From NCBI GenBank assembly GCA_963710755.1, contig CAVQBK010000003.1, forward strand, positions 608,001-672,000: DNA of 64,000 bases. Direction: 5' to 3'. The notes below the pieces were generated by a model that was given only the letters and a program-made list of their open reading frames with translations, made no database searches and was not told where the DNA came from. A program made the translations under genes and the position numbers. This document shows, piece by piece, positions 18,406 through 28,064 of this stretch (position 1 is the stretch's first letter; each line of letters starts with the position of its first letter). The stretch comes from an uncultured bacterium. GTDB taxonomy: Bacteria; Oederibacteriota; JAAXVQ01; JAUVAV01.

Positions 18406-19449
18406 ATGCCGGCCACTGATGTTTTAGTCCCAAATTACCTGGTGAAAATCAACGGCCAACGCCTGACCCAGGCCATGGCCGCCGATGTCATGGAGGTGCG
18501 GGTGGAGGAAAAACTGGATCTGCCCGCGCGCTTCAGCCTGATGTTAAGCGATCCGGACCATCAGTGGGTCAATGCCCATGACCTGGCCGAGGGCGGCAGC
18601 GTCAAGGTGGAGCTGGGGTACTTAAATGACACGGTGGAATTATTCGACGGCGAGATCACGGGGTTGTTTTTCGATTATCCGGCCCACGGGCCCAAGACCA
18701 TGACCGTGCGCGGTTATGACCGGCTCCACCGCCTGGCGCGGGAGAAAAAAACGCGCACTTTCCGCGACATGCAGGAAAGCCAGATTGTGCAACAAATCGC
18801 AGGAGACGCTTCCCTGCAAAACGACGTGGAGAGTACCACTGAAGCCCAACCCTATTTGCTGCAGAACAACCAGACCGATCTGGAGTTTTTGCACGAGCGC
18901 GGCGAGCGCCTGGGGTTTGAGTTGGGCATCAGTGGTGAAAAACTAATCTTTCGCAGGCCCAAGGAAAATTTGGAGCCTGTGGCCACATTGGAATTGGGCA
19001 AATCGCTCATGGAGCTTTCCGGTGACATCAGCACCATTGGCCAGGTGAGCGCGGTGGAAGTGCGGGGCTGGGATGCGCAGAGACAGGAAGTGGTGGTGGG
19101 CACAGCCGGCACGGAATCCCAGAATACCACCATGCGTGGCAGCCAAAGCGGCGCGGATTCAGCCAGGCAGGTATTTGGCAGCAATAAAGTGGTGATTCTG
19201 GACAATGCGTCCCATTCCACCACAGAGGCGGAGAATCTCGCCAAGGCCCGTTTCCGTGACTTTGCCATGCGTTATGTCACGGTGGACGGCAGATGCCAGG
19301 GCAATCCCAAGCTGCGGGTGGGCAGCACCATCTCGATCAAGGGCGTGGGCGACAAAGTGAACGGTACCTATTATGTTGTGGAGGCTGCCCATGAATTGGG
19401 CGAGAGCGGGTATGTGACGGGCTTCAAACTTCTTAGGAATGCCAGGTGA
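18406..19449 (+). CDS. Baseplate hub, phage late-control gpD-like (N-terminal half of Afp8/VgrG only)
   Basis: VELGY....LFDGEIT...RGYD.LHRL.R....RTF...Q.NQTDLEFL...VEVRGWD...GNPKLR.G...GTYYV..A.H; 347 aa with no gp5/gpV spike part. Confidence 0.88.
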   Translation: MPATDVLVPNYLVKINGQRLTQAMAADVMEVRVEEKLDLPARFSLMLSDPDHQWVNAHDLAEGGSVKVELGYLNDTVELFDGEITGLFFDYPAHGPKTMTVRGYDRLHRLAREKKTRTFRDMQESQIVQQIAGDASLQNDVESTTEAQPYLLQNNQTDLEFLHERGERLGFELGISGEKLIFRRPKENLEPVATLELGKSLMELSGDISTIGQVSAVEVRGWDAQRQEVVVGTAGTESQNTTMRGSQSGADSARQVFGSNKVVILDNASHSTTEAENLAKARFRDFAMRYVTVDGRCQGNPKLRVGSTISIKGVGDKVNGTYYVVEAAHELGESGYVTGFKLLRNAR

Positions 19450-19452
19450 CCT

Positions 19453-19875
19453 ATGAATAAAAATATCCTGGGCGCAGGCTGGCGCCTTGATCTTCAAACC
19501 GACCGGCGTGGCAATCTTGCGCTCATCACCGGCGCGGCCGGCGTGGAGCAAGCCATGCGTTTTATTATTGGCACCGCGCCGGGCGAGCGGCCCATGCTTC
19601 CTGATTTCGGTTGCCGCATCCATGATCTGCTATTCGCGCCCAGCACCCCGCATACCTGGAATTTGGCCGCCCACCATGTTGAGGAAGCGCTGATCAAATG
19701 GGAACCGCGCATAGAGTTGATCAAGGTGGAAGCCGGGCCCAGTCCTGATGATGACAGTTGCGTGCTGGTGCAGGTGGAGTACAAGATCCGGCAGATCAAC
19801 AGTTTTTATAACCTGGTGTATCCTTTTTACCTGGAACAGGGCGAACAGGATACGCGCAGCCAACTGGAGGTATAA
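19453..19875 (+). CDS. Baseplate gp25/GPW (Afp9-like)
   Basis: LGAGW...I.TAPGERPMLPDFGC.IHDLLF...WEPRI...NLVYPFYL. Confidence 0.92.
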   Translation: MNKNILGAGWRLDLQTDRRGNLALITGAAGVEQAMRFIIGTAPGERPMLPDFGCRIHDLLFAPSTPHTWNLAAHHVEEALIKWEPRIELIKVEAGPSPDDDSCVLVQVEYKIRQINSFYNLVYPFYLEQGEQDTRSQLEV

Positions 19876-19877
19876 GC

Positions 19878-22800
19878 ATGATCCCCAAACCGAATTTGGA
19901 CGACCGTACGCACCGGCAGATCATGGAAGAAGCCATCCGGTTGATCCCGCAATACTGTCCGGAATGGACCAATCATAATCCCAATGACCCTGGTATCGCC
20001 TTGCTGGAATTGTTCGCCTGGATGATGGAAATGGGGTTGTACCGCCTTAACCGCGTGCCGGAAAAAACCTATCTTACCCTGATGGAGCTGATGGGCATCC
20101 AACTCAAAAGCGCCCAGGCTGCCAAAGTGTTGGTGCGCTTTGCCCTGGCTGAAGGCAGACAAAAGCAGCAATGGGTGCCGCTGGGCACGTCGGTGGCCAC
20201 GGCGCAGACCGAGGAAACCGATGCCGTTGTTTTCGAGACCAGCCGTCCCTTGCTGGTGACGGATGTGCGGTTGGAGCGCTGCGTGAGCGTGGAGGATGAC
20301 CGTGTCAGCGACAACAGCGGCATCGTGGCGCGCGAAGAATCGACCGCGGCTTTTCCTGTTTTTCAAAGCCACACCCCCATGGAACGGTCCTTGTATATTG
20401 GGGACAGCCAATTGGAAATGCTCAAGGACGCCATGCAGGTGAATATCAGCTTGAAGACCGGTTCTGTGCTGGAAGCGCCTATCAGCTCCCTGCTGGCATG
20501 GGAATACTACAATGGACGGCGTTGGGTGGAGGCCGAACCGCTCAGCGGGTTTGGGCAGCAGCCGGACCGGTATAATCAGTTTGTCTTTCAGGGCCCCTTA
20601 GTCGGCATTGCTGCTGTTGAGGTGGCCGGGCTGGAAAAGATATGGCTGCGGGCAAAGCTGTTATTGCGCCCCGTGCATCCGCGCCAAGCCGCGGTTCTAT
20701 CAGCCGGGGTGAAGACGGTGTTGTCCACCGAAGGCCTGGCGCCAGAAATGTGTTTTGCCAACGCGGAAAGCCAGCTTTTTGAGGTGCTCGATTTAAGCAA
20801 GGATTTCCATCCCTTTTCCAAAAAACCAAAATTCAATGATGCCTTTTACCTGGCGTGCCGCACGATTTTTGCTAAAGCCGGCGCGCGCGTTACCCTGTCC
20901 GTTACCTTCACTACCAATCCCTCCATTCCCAAGCCGCAAGCCTCCGAGGATCTGATGATCGCATGGGAATACTGGGACGGGCAAAACTGGCGCAATCTGG
21001 GCAATAGCCGTTGCCAGCCGGGCGTGGAACCGGAGGGGGAGCATGCCTTTTTGGACAGCACGGCCGCGCTGACGCAGGAAGGGGAAATCACCTTTATTGC
21101 TCCGGCGGACTGGTCCCCGGGCAGTGTCAACCAGATCGAAAACTATTGGTTGCGCGCCCGTTTATTGACAGGTGATTTTGGCGTGGGAGGAAACTATGTG
21201 CAAAATGAAAAGGGAGAGTGGATCTGGAATTTTGATCGTCCCTTGCTGCCGCCGGTATTGTCCAAATTGAGCCTGCGTTATGCCTTGGAAGAAAAACCAG
21301 CCCAAGCCCTGGTGGCTGTCAACGCCGGACAGAGCAAGGATGCCAGCGCGGTCTGCGCGGAAAATTTTCAACTTCTCCAGGACGGCAAGCCTCCCAAACC
21401 GGCGGACCTGTTCACCTGGCAGCTGGAAAAAAATCCGGTTTGTTATTTCGGATTTTCCGATCCTTTTCCCGCGGAGGAGCAACAGCTGTATTTTTTGCTT
21501 AAAGACAGCGAGGTGTTTGCCGGCCAGGATGGTGAAGAAGCGCCGGTCACCTTGGCTTGGGAATACTGGAACGGGCAGGCCTGGCATGCTCTGGCAGTGC
21601 AGGATCATACGCTGGGGCTTAGCCACAGTGGTTTGCTGCTGTTTACGGGGCCCAAGGATATTGCAGCCAGCGAATTATGGGGGAGCCGCCAGTATTGGCT
21701 GCGCGCGCGTTTGGAATATGGCAGTTATGAGAAAATTCCTTATTTGAGCCGGGTCTGGACCAATGTAGTCGAAGCCAACAGCTGGCGCACCATCCGCAAT
21801 GAAATTCTGGGCTCCAGTGACGGCGCGCCCGGCCAAGGTTTTAGCCTGCTGCAAACACCGGTGGTCGGAAACCCGGAAATCTGGATCATTGAACCCAATT
21901 TGGCTTCCAGTCCGGAACTGGAAAGCTTCATGCGGACCGCGGGGCAGCAGGCCGTACGGGAAATAAATACGCCCGATGGACGCCAGGTTGCCACCCGCTG
22001 GCAACGGGTGGATTATTTTTATAATTCCACACCTTCTGATCGTCACTATTTGCTCGATCCGGCATTTGGAAAAATTCAATTTGGCGACGGCCTTCATGGC
22101 CGGATTCCGCCTGAAGGGCGCAACAACATTCAGGCTGCCCTTTACACTGTCGGCAGCGGAGCCGAGAGCAATGTTGGTGTTAATACTATCACGGTCATGC
22201 GTAAATCCATCCCGTTTATCAGCAAAGTTTGGAACCCTGTTCCTGCTGAAGGCGGGGCTGATGCGGAGACCGTGGACGAAGCCAAGTTGCGCGCACCCCA
22301 TTTATTTAAACACCGTTTCCGGGCGGTGACTGCGGATGATTATGAATGGCTGGCCAAGGAAGCGTCCAGCCAGGTTGCCCGCGCGCGCTGCCTGCCCGCG
22401 CATCGCCGAGAAGGCGAGGTCACGATCGTGATCGTCCCCAAAGCGCCGGGCAATCACCTGGATCTGCGCGAGCGCCTTGAACCGAGCCGGGAATTGTTGC
22501 GCCGGGTTACGGCCTATCTGGATGAACGGCGTTTGCTGACCAGCCGTTTGCATGTCATTGGCCTGGCCTATGCTGATCTGGGTATCCAGGCTGAGATTGC
22601 CGTAAAAACATCCACCAGCGAGGGGAGCCAGGCGGTGAAAACCGAGGTGGAAAAAAGAATCCGCGAATTTTTACATCCCCTGACCGGCGGACCGGACGGG
22701 CAAGGCTGGCCATTTGGCATGGCGGTGGGCAAGTCCGATTTATACATTGCCCTGGAAAAAGTGCCGGGCGTGCACTTTGTTTCCGAAATCCGGCTGATGG

Positions 22801-22898
22801 ATCTGGATAGTCAAGCTGAAGTGGAAAAATTGGTACTCGAACCGAGGGTGTTCGCTTTTCCAGCGCAGGTGCAAGTAACGGAAAAAAGAATGTATTAA
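19878..22898 (+). CDS. Baseplate J-like wedge protein (Afp11-like)
   Basis: PNLDDR...IPQYCPEWTNHNPNDPGIALLELFAW; LGSSDG.PGQ; FGDG.HGRIP; GGAD.ET; RAVT.DDYE; FLHPLTGG.DG.GWPFG. Confidence 0.92.
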   Translation: MIPKPNLDDRTHRQIMEEAIRLIPQYCPEWTNHNPNDPGIALLELFAWMMEMGLYRLNRVPEKTYLTLMELMGIQLKSAQAAKVLVRFALAEGRQKQQWVPLGTSVATAQTEETDAVVFETSRPLLVTDVRLERCVSVEDDRVSDNSGIVAREESTAAFPVFQSHTPMERSLYIGDSQLEMLKDAMQVNISLKTGSVLEAPISSLLAWEYYNGRRWVEAEPLSGFGQQPDRYNQFVFQGPLVGIAAVEVAGLEKIWLRAKLLLRPVHPRQAAVLSAGVKTVLSTEGLAPEMCFANAESQLFEVLDLSKDFHPFSKKPKFNDAFYLACRTIFAKAGARVTLSVTFTTNPSIPKPQASEDLMIAWEYWDGQNWRNLGNSRCQPGVEPEGEHAFLDSTAALTQEGEITFIAPADWSPGSVNQIENYWLRARLLTGDFGVGGNYVQNEKGEWIWNFDRPLLPPVLSKLSLRYALEEKPAQALVAVNAGQSKDASAVCAENFQLLQDGKPPKPADLFTWQLEKNPVCYFGFSDPFPAEEQQLYFLLKDSEVFAGQDGEEAPVTLAWEYWNGQAWHALAVQDHTLGLSHSGLLLFTGPKDIAASELWGSRQYWLRARLEYGSYEKIPYLSRVWTNVVEANSWRTIRNEILGSSDGAPGQGFSLLQTPVVGNPEIWIIEPNLASSPELESFMRTAGQQAVREINTPDGRQVATRWQRVDYFYNSTPSDRHYLLDPAFGKIQFGDGLHGRIPPEGRNNIQAALYTVGSGAESNVGVNTITVMRKSIPFISKVWNPVPAEGGADAETVDEAKLRAPHLFKHRFRAVTADDYEWLAKEASSQVARARCLPAHRREGEVTIVIVPKAPGNHLDLRERLEPSRELLRRVTAYLDERRLLTSRLHVIGLAYADLGIQAEIAVKTSTSEGSQAVKTEVEKRIREFLHPLTGGPDGQGWPFGMAVGKSDLYIALEKVPGVHFVSEIRLMDLDSQAEVEKLVLEPRVFAFPAQVQVTEKRMY

Positions 22899-22911
22899 AA
22901 GCGAGGAGTTT

Positions 22912-23772
22912 ATGACTGCCCTTTCATCTGAAACAGCAGGGACCACCGTGCGCATGCCTGATCTCAGACGCCGGCCTTTGACCCAGGCCAAGACCATGCT
23001 GAGCCTGTCCGGATTGCGCCTGGGGAAAATTGTATACCAAGAAAGCATGGAATGGCTGGCCGAAGATACGGTGCTTAGCCACCATCCCCAGCCCGGGCAG
23101 GCTGCCGGCGCGGGGCAAGCCGTGGACCTTACCCTCCATCGCCGCAGCTATTTACACTATTTGCCGGGTATGATGCAGCAGGAAGACCAGCGCGCCGGGG
23201 GGCTGTTGAAAAATTATTTATGGATTTTCCAGCATTTGCTGGCAGGCTTTCAAGACAACATCAACCGCCTGCCCGACTGCTTTGGCCCGCAGACCGCGCC
23301 CCGTGCATTTTTACTGTGGCTGGCTGAATGGACCGCGGCTGAGATCGACGGGGATTGGCCCGAGGCCAAGGTGCGCCGTTTTTTGGCACAGGCCGTGGAA
23401 ATCTACAACCGGCGGGGGACCCGCCGGGGACTGCTTCAATACCTCAGCGTGGTGACCGGGGTGGACGCTGCGATTGAGGAACACACCATCCCTTTTAAAC
23501 TGATGGTACTGGATGGAACCAACAGCCTGGGTGTGAGTTCCATGCTTTTTAACGCGCCCCGTTTGGAGCATTGCTTCACTGTGCGTCTGCCCGGGCCGAG
23601 GACTGCTTATGCCCGGGCCGTGCTGCGTAAAATGCACCGCATTTTGCAGGTCGAGCAACCGGCACAAACCTTGTATTTTATTGCATTTACCGAAAGCCGT
23701 AAAACCTATCAATCCCTTGTGCCTTGGATCATAGGCCAGACGCCTCTCGGCCAGGGCTGGGTGGGAGGTTAA
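22912..23772 (+). CDS. P2 gpI-like baseplate/tail protein with N-terminal PASTA domain
   Basis: MPDLRRRPLTQAKTML..SGL...TVLSHHPQPG....VDLTL (PASTA); YLP..Q...P..FLLWLA.W...IY.RRGT.RGL..YL (gpI). Confidence 0.8.
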   Translation: MTALSSETAGTTVRMPDLRRRPLTQAKTMLSLSGLRLGKIVYQESMEWLAEDTVLSHHPQPGQAAGAGQAVDLTLHRRSYLHYLPGMMQQEDQRAGGLLKNYLWIFQHLLAGFQDNINRLPDCFGPQTAPRAFLLWLAEWTAAEIDGDWPEAKVRRFLAQAVEIYNRRGTRRGLLQYLSVVTGVDAAIEEHTIPFKLMVLDGTNSLGVSSMLFNAPRLEHCFTVRLPGPRTAYARAVLRKMHRILQVEQPAQTLYFIAFTESRKTYQSLVPWIIGQTPLGQGWVGG

Positions 23773-23843
23773 AACTCCCACCCAGCCCCCTCTTTAATAA
23801 AGAGGGGCAGCGAGTGGGCGTTAAATTCATGCAGGAGGCAGGC

Positions 23844-25373
23844 ATGTCGATTAAACTTGAAGAATTAAAAGAAAGTACCTATGTCAACTATTTCCAGGGC
23901 CTGGTGGTTTCGGAGCAGCATCTCAATGGCACGAACCGCTACCATACGGAGAAGCGACTGCTTACCCATCAGCTTTTTCATGGCTCGGGCATTGTTCCCG
24001 GGGTTATGAACGAGTTGCGGGTATCAGCCCATCAGGGCGGTGATGGGCTGACACTGGAAGTGGGCAGCGGCATCTGCCTCGATCCCCAGGGCCGGGAGAT
24101 CATTGTTCCCGAACCCAAACTGCTCAGCCTAGATCTTAAAAAATACAAACCGCCGCGCACCATTTATGTGGTGGCCGCCCATCTGGAAAATCAGGAAGAG
24201 CATTATGTCAATGAAGCCAATCCCGCCTACCAGGGCTATCAAGCCGTGCGCGAAACCAGCAAAGTGGAGATCATCGGCCAGGAACCTGAGTCCGGCCGCC
24301 AGATCGAATTGGCGCGGATCACCTTGCAGGAAGGCAAGGGCAAAGGCCAGAACATTGCCCTTCAGGATGCGCGGGATTTCGGCAATCCTCAAGCCAATGA
24401 AATCGACCTGCGCTTCACGCCTTGGTGCCGGGCGGCCAGCGCCGCTCTTTCTCCTGATCTGTCTTCCCATCTGGCCTTTATCCTGGAACGTACCCGAGAC
24501 AGCGCCGCCCTGCTGGAGGAGGAGATCAAGATCCAGGCGTTGCGCGAGTTGCAACTGGTGGCCAGCACAAGCTTGATTGTGGTTTCCGGCGGGCAGATGA
24601 GCTTTAATAATCTCATCCACCTGCTCAAGCCTTTGATCCGGCTGGATCAAAAAATCGTGCAGGAACTGCAGGACCTTGAAAAAAACACAGCCAAAAAACA
24701 TTACACCACCATGGAGATGTTTGAACAATACAAGCCTCTGGCCGCTGGGCTTTCCCAAGCCTTGGAGCGTTACAATCATTCAGTCGAGGAATTTTACCAG
24801 ATCATCAACGGCCACCGGCAGGGTATGGATCTGCTCAGCCGTATGCTCACCCGGAAACGCCTGACTTGGGAAGATGTCCGGCTGCTCAGTGATGACCTAC
24901 CTCAGGTGCTATTGGTCGGAGAGACCAAGTACAAACTTGTGGACAGCATGGAATTCGGCTCCAAGGAGAATCTTGAAGCCCATCTGTTCACGGTCCAGGG
25001 CAGCCGCGATCAAATACCCAATCTACAAAGTTTCACCTATCCTGACGGCAAAGCCGTCAAGGATGTGGTCATGAGCTACCGTGGCGGCAACTGGACCTGG
25101 AAGGTGCGCAACTGCCTGCCCAACAAGCCCCTGGTCATGGTGCGGCGTTTTGACTACTTCCACGGCTCACTGGAATTTGAGATCGCGGTCAATGGAAAAT
25201 CCGCAGGCAGCCTGCTCATTGACGGCCGGGACACGCACAACCGCTGGCGCAACTGGGCTTTTCAAATGAATGCCCAATTGATGAATTCGGATACAGTGGA
25301 AATCTCCCAGCGCTGGATCAAAGGCCAGCAGGACGGCGTGGCCAGACTATGGTTTTATCAACCGGTGGTATAA
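23844..25373 (+). CDS. Fibre-like baseplate-attached protein (Afp13 position) with C-terminal beta-rich domain
   Basis: VNYFQG......L..Y..KR.L....HG.GIV.G.L.V...V..G..LD.QGREI N-terminus as in eCIS fibre proteins; GGAGG RBS before ATG 23844. Confidence 0.65.
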   Translation: MSIKLEELKESTYVNYFQGLVVSEQHLNGTNRYHTEKRLLTHQLFHGSGIVPGVMNELRVSAHQGGDGLTLEVGSGICLDPQGREIIVPEPKLLSLDLKKYKPPRTIYVVAAHLENQEEHYVNEANPAYQGYQAVRETSKVEIIGQEPESGRQIELARITLQEGKGKGQNIALQDARDFGNPQANEIDLRFTPWCRAASAALSPDLSSHLAFILERTRDSAALLEEEIKIQALRELQLVASTSLIVVSGGQMSFNNLIHLLKPLIRLDQKIVQELQDLEKNTAKKHYTTMEMFEQYKPLAAGLSQALERYNHSVEEFYQIINGHRQGMDLLSRMLTRKRLTWEDVRLLSDDLPQVLLVGETKYKLVDSMEFGSKENLEAHLFTVQGSRDQIPNLQSFTYPDGKAVKDVVMSYRGGNWTWKVRNCLPNKPLVMVRRFDYFHGSLEFEIAVNGKSAGSLLIDGRDTHNRWRNWAFQMNAQLMNSDTVEISQRWIKGQQDGVARLWFYQPVV

Positions 25374-25527
25374 ATGCAAGGCGTCCTTAGGTGAGGCGAA
25401 CCCCGTTTGCGGCATTATCGGATGACGGGATGATGTCCCCCAGGATCATTAGGATTCTCGTTACCATGGTCCATGGTGGGTGACGGTCTATGTGGCAACA
25501 CCAATAACCGCGAGGAGACTTCAGTTT

Positions 25528-26841
25528 ATGAAACCGATTTTAAATGTGTGTATCATGCTCTTACTGGTGAACCGCATGATGAATGCTGCAGGATGAGCCG
25601 ACAGTACGGGAGCGAGTTCGGCGATGGTACTAAAACAAACCACCAGTCCCCGTGCCGAAGCGATCGCCGCTTATACAGCCCTGTCCGACGATGAGGCCGG
25701 GGCCGCAGGCTGGAACCCGGCCGGTTTATACAACGCTTATCGCCAGGACATGAGTGCCGCCTATTTCAGGGGGATCGTGGATGATGCTCTGGGTTCAATC
25801 ACCTATGCCCAGCCGTATGCTGAAGATTTCTCATTGGGCGCCCAATTGGTGTTCTACGATGGAGGACGCTTTGAGCTCAATACGCTCTCCGGAGAGAGCA
25901 GTCAAGTGAACGCGGAACAAGATCTGCTGGGCGTTTTGACGGGTGCCTATAAGCTGAAATGGTTGGCTCGGGATTGGTTGGTGGGGGTGAACCTGAAACT
26001 GATCTATTCCAGTTTACTGGACTCGGCTTCGGCGTTTTCCATAGGGTTTGATGTGGGTGTGATGTCTGAACTTAAGGAAATTAGCAATGGCTTATTCGCA
26101 GGTTTGGCGGTCAGGAATATGGGTATGCCTATGAAATATCTGGATGTTGCCGATCCCTTGCCCTTTGAATTTCGGGCCGGTCTTGCTTATAAAATATTAA
26201 AAGACAGCCATCATGATTTCTTGGTGGCAGGTGATTCAGCGTTGGGGCCGGATCATAATATCAGAGGATCGGTGGGCGCGGAATATTGGCAAGATAAGAC
26301 CGTGGCCCTGAGGGTAGGCTACAAGCTTGGTTACGACCTGGACTCGTTTACAGCCGGGGTTGGGTTGCGTATTCAAAATTTCCAACTGGATTATGCCTTT
26401 GGGTTGATGTCAGCCTTGAATTCCACGCATAAGCTTAGTCTGACGTACAGTCTGGCCACGGACGAAGTAAGAAAAGCGGACGTCTTGAATGCTTCGCCCG
26501 GCCTTGTGAGCACTCCCAAACCGACACCTAAACCAACACCCAAGCCAACCCCGGTTTCCACGATCGCCGCTCCGAAAGCAGTACCTACGCCGGTTCCTGT
26601 AGTGATGGCGGAGGTATTGGAGGTCGAAAAAACCGGTGATGTGACCAAAACGGTGATTTTGAACATAGGCAAAGACAAAGGCATCAGACCTGGTGCTGAA
26701 GGCACCATTTTAAATGCCAGTGGCATGACAATTGCCAAAATTAAGATTTCAGAAGTTTACCCCAGCCGCAGCCTGGCACGGGTGGTTGAATCCAGCGGGG
26801 ATATTCAAGGTTCCGATAAAGCAGAAATACTGAAGAAATAA
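25528..26841 (+). pseudogene. PorV-like barrel paralog of 182..1504 with an in-frame TGA in its signal peptide
   Basis: GAGGAG RBS and ATG 25528 give MKPILNVCIMLLLVNRMMNAAG*ADSTG; TGA at 25594-96; frame continues into ORF 25624..26841 (WNPAGL, PTPKPTP, same C-terminal domain). Confidence 0.7.
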
Positions 26842-26912
26842 GGTCGAAACACTTCGCTCCACCATATTCACGGAAAACGTCATAATTACAATTGCAGGGA
26901 GGATTTTCACCA

Positions 26913-27575
26913 ATGCAACAGCAGATAGGCGTGATCACAGGAATCATTTTAGTTTCATTGATTGGGTTTCTAACACCGGTAAAAGCGGCGGGCAGCAAAC
27001 AAATAGCAGAAGTGGCAGTCCGCCCGCAGCCGATGATAAACACAATCGTTTACTAGGAGGTAACGCCCGCTGCGGGCACAGCAACAGTCTCGCCTACCGT
27101 TTCCTCCACACCAACTATTACGCCCACTCCTACGGTTACCGCAACCATTACCCCAACATCTACCATCACAACCACCGCAACGATCACGCTTACATTCACT
27201 ATAACCCCCACCTTTACCATATCGCCCACTATTACCGAAACATCCACCATCTCCCCAGCAAGCACCATTTCGTCCGCCAACGCGCCTGCGCAACTCAAAG
27301 CCTTCCCCAGTCGGATTAACCCGGTTCAAGGCGAGAGTGCCGGGATTCGTTGGCATCAACCTGAAGCGGGTCCCACCACCATAGAAATTTATGATATGCG
27401 GGGGGAATTTGTCAAAACCTTGGTGGATCATAAATTCCACGATAGTGGACGTGTGCAGGAAGTGCTTTGGCGCGGTGAAAGTGGGGCCGGGAACACCGTG
27501 GCCAGCGGGATTTATATTGTGTACATCCATGCCCCGCGATATGACGATCATATCAAGGTGGCGGTCATCAAATGA
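26913..27575 (+). pseudogene. Secreted Thr-rich protein with FlgD-Ig/T9SS-CTD-like C-terminus, interrupted by an in-frame TAG
   Basis: GGAGG RBS; MQQQIGVITGIILVSLIGFLTPVKA; TAG at 27054-56; TITPT repeats; AFPSRINP...IEIYDMRGEFVKTL...W.G....VASGIYIV...KVAVIK stop; absent from the ORF track. Confidence 0.75.
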
Positions 27576-27660
27576 TCTTTGTTGTCACGGACATGCTGAT
27601 CTACTAAGCAACCCGTATAATTTGGCATGAGGGAGCAGATCCAACCCTGCAAAGGTTAGG

Positions 27661-27703
27661 AAAAAATCAGCCTGGAGTGAGACTCGTTCCAGGCTGATTT
27701 TTT
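27661..27703. terminator. Bidirectional intrinsic terminator
   Basis: AAAAAATCAGCCTGGA-loop-TCCAGGCTGATTTTTT. Confidence 0.85.
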
Positions 27704-27879
27704 ATTAAAAAGTCCTTTCTCTTCAAAAATGATGTCGTTGCCCAAGTCCTGTTCGTCATCCCGTGATAGGCAGGATGGCCCAAAAAAGCCTTTAAGGCTG
27801 AATTTCCTGGATTCTGGTATGGTTTGCACCAAAACGGCGCCGGCTGATTAATATTGATAATAAAATTAAGGCAGGAAGA

Positions 27880-28062
27880 ATGAAAAGAGAACCTTCCTGG
27901 CCCAGAGCAAAATTGATGGTCCGTATTAATTCTTATCTGCGCGATCGGAATTACGGTAATATGGTGGATGGTGTTTACATCATGCGGATTACAGCCGGGT
28001 CAGCTGATGGTAAGATCGAAAGCGTTAAGATAACCATCGCCCTAATAAATAAGGATGAATAA
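27880..28062 (+). pseudogene. Probable remnant of a FlgD/T9SS-CTD-like C-terminus
   Basis: DRNYGNMVDGVYIMRITA...KITIALI resembles the end of such domains; no N-terminal part. Confidence 0.35.
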
Positions 28063-28064
28063 TC

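Noticed and set aside
7120-25373. Prophage
   Set aside because: No capsid, portal, terminase, integrase or replication genes; DUF4255, DUF4157 and the LysM tube initiator point to eCIS
3618-25373. Canonical T6SS
   Set aside because: No TssJLM, TssK, TssA or ClpV; the sheath is single-chain phage type and the ATPase is Ycf46-like
26970-27551. 193-aa Gly/Cys/Arg-rich minus-strand ORF
   Set aside because: Antisense shadow of the Thr-rich gene at 26913-27575
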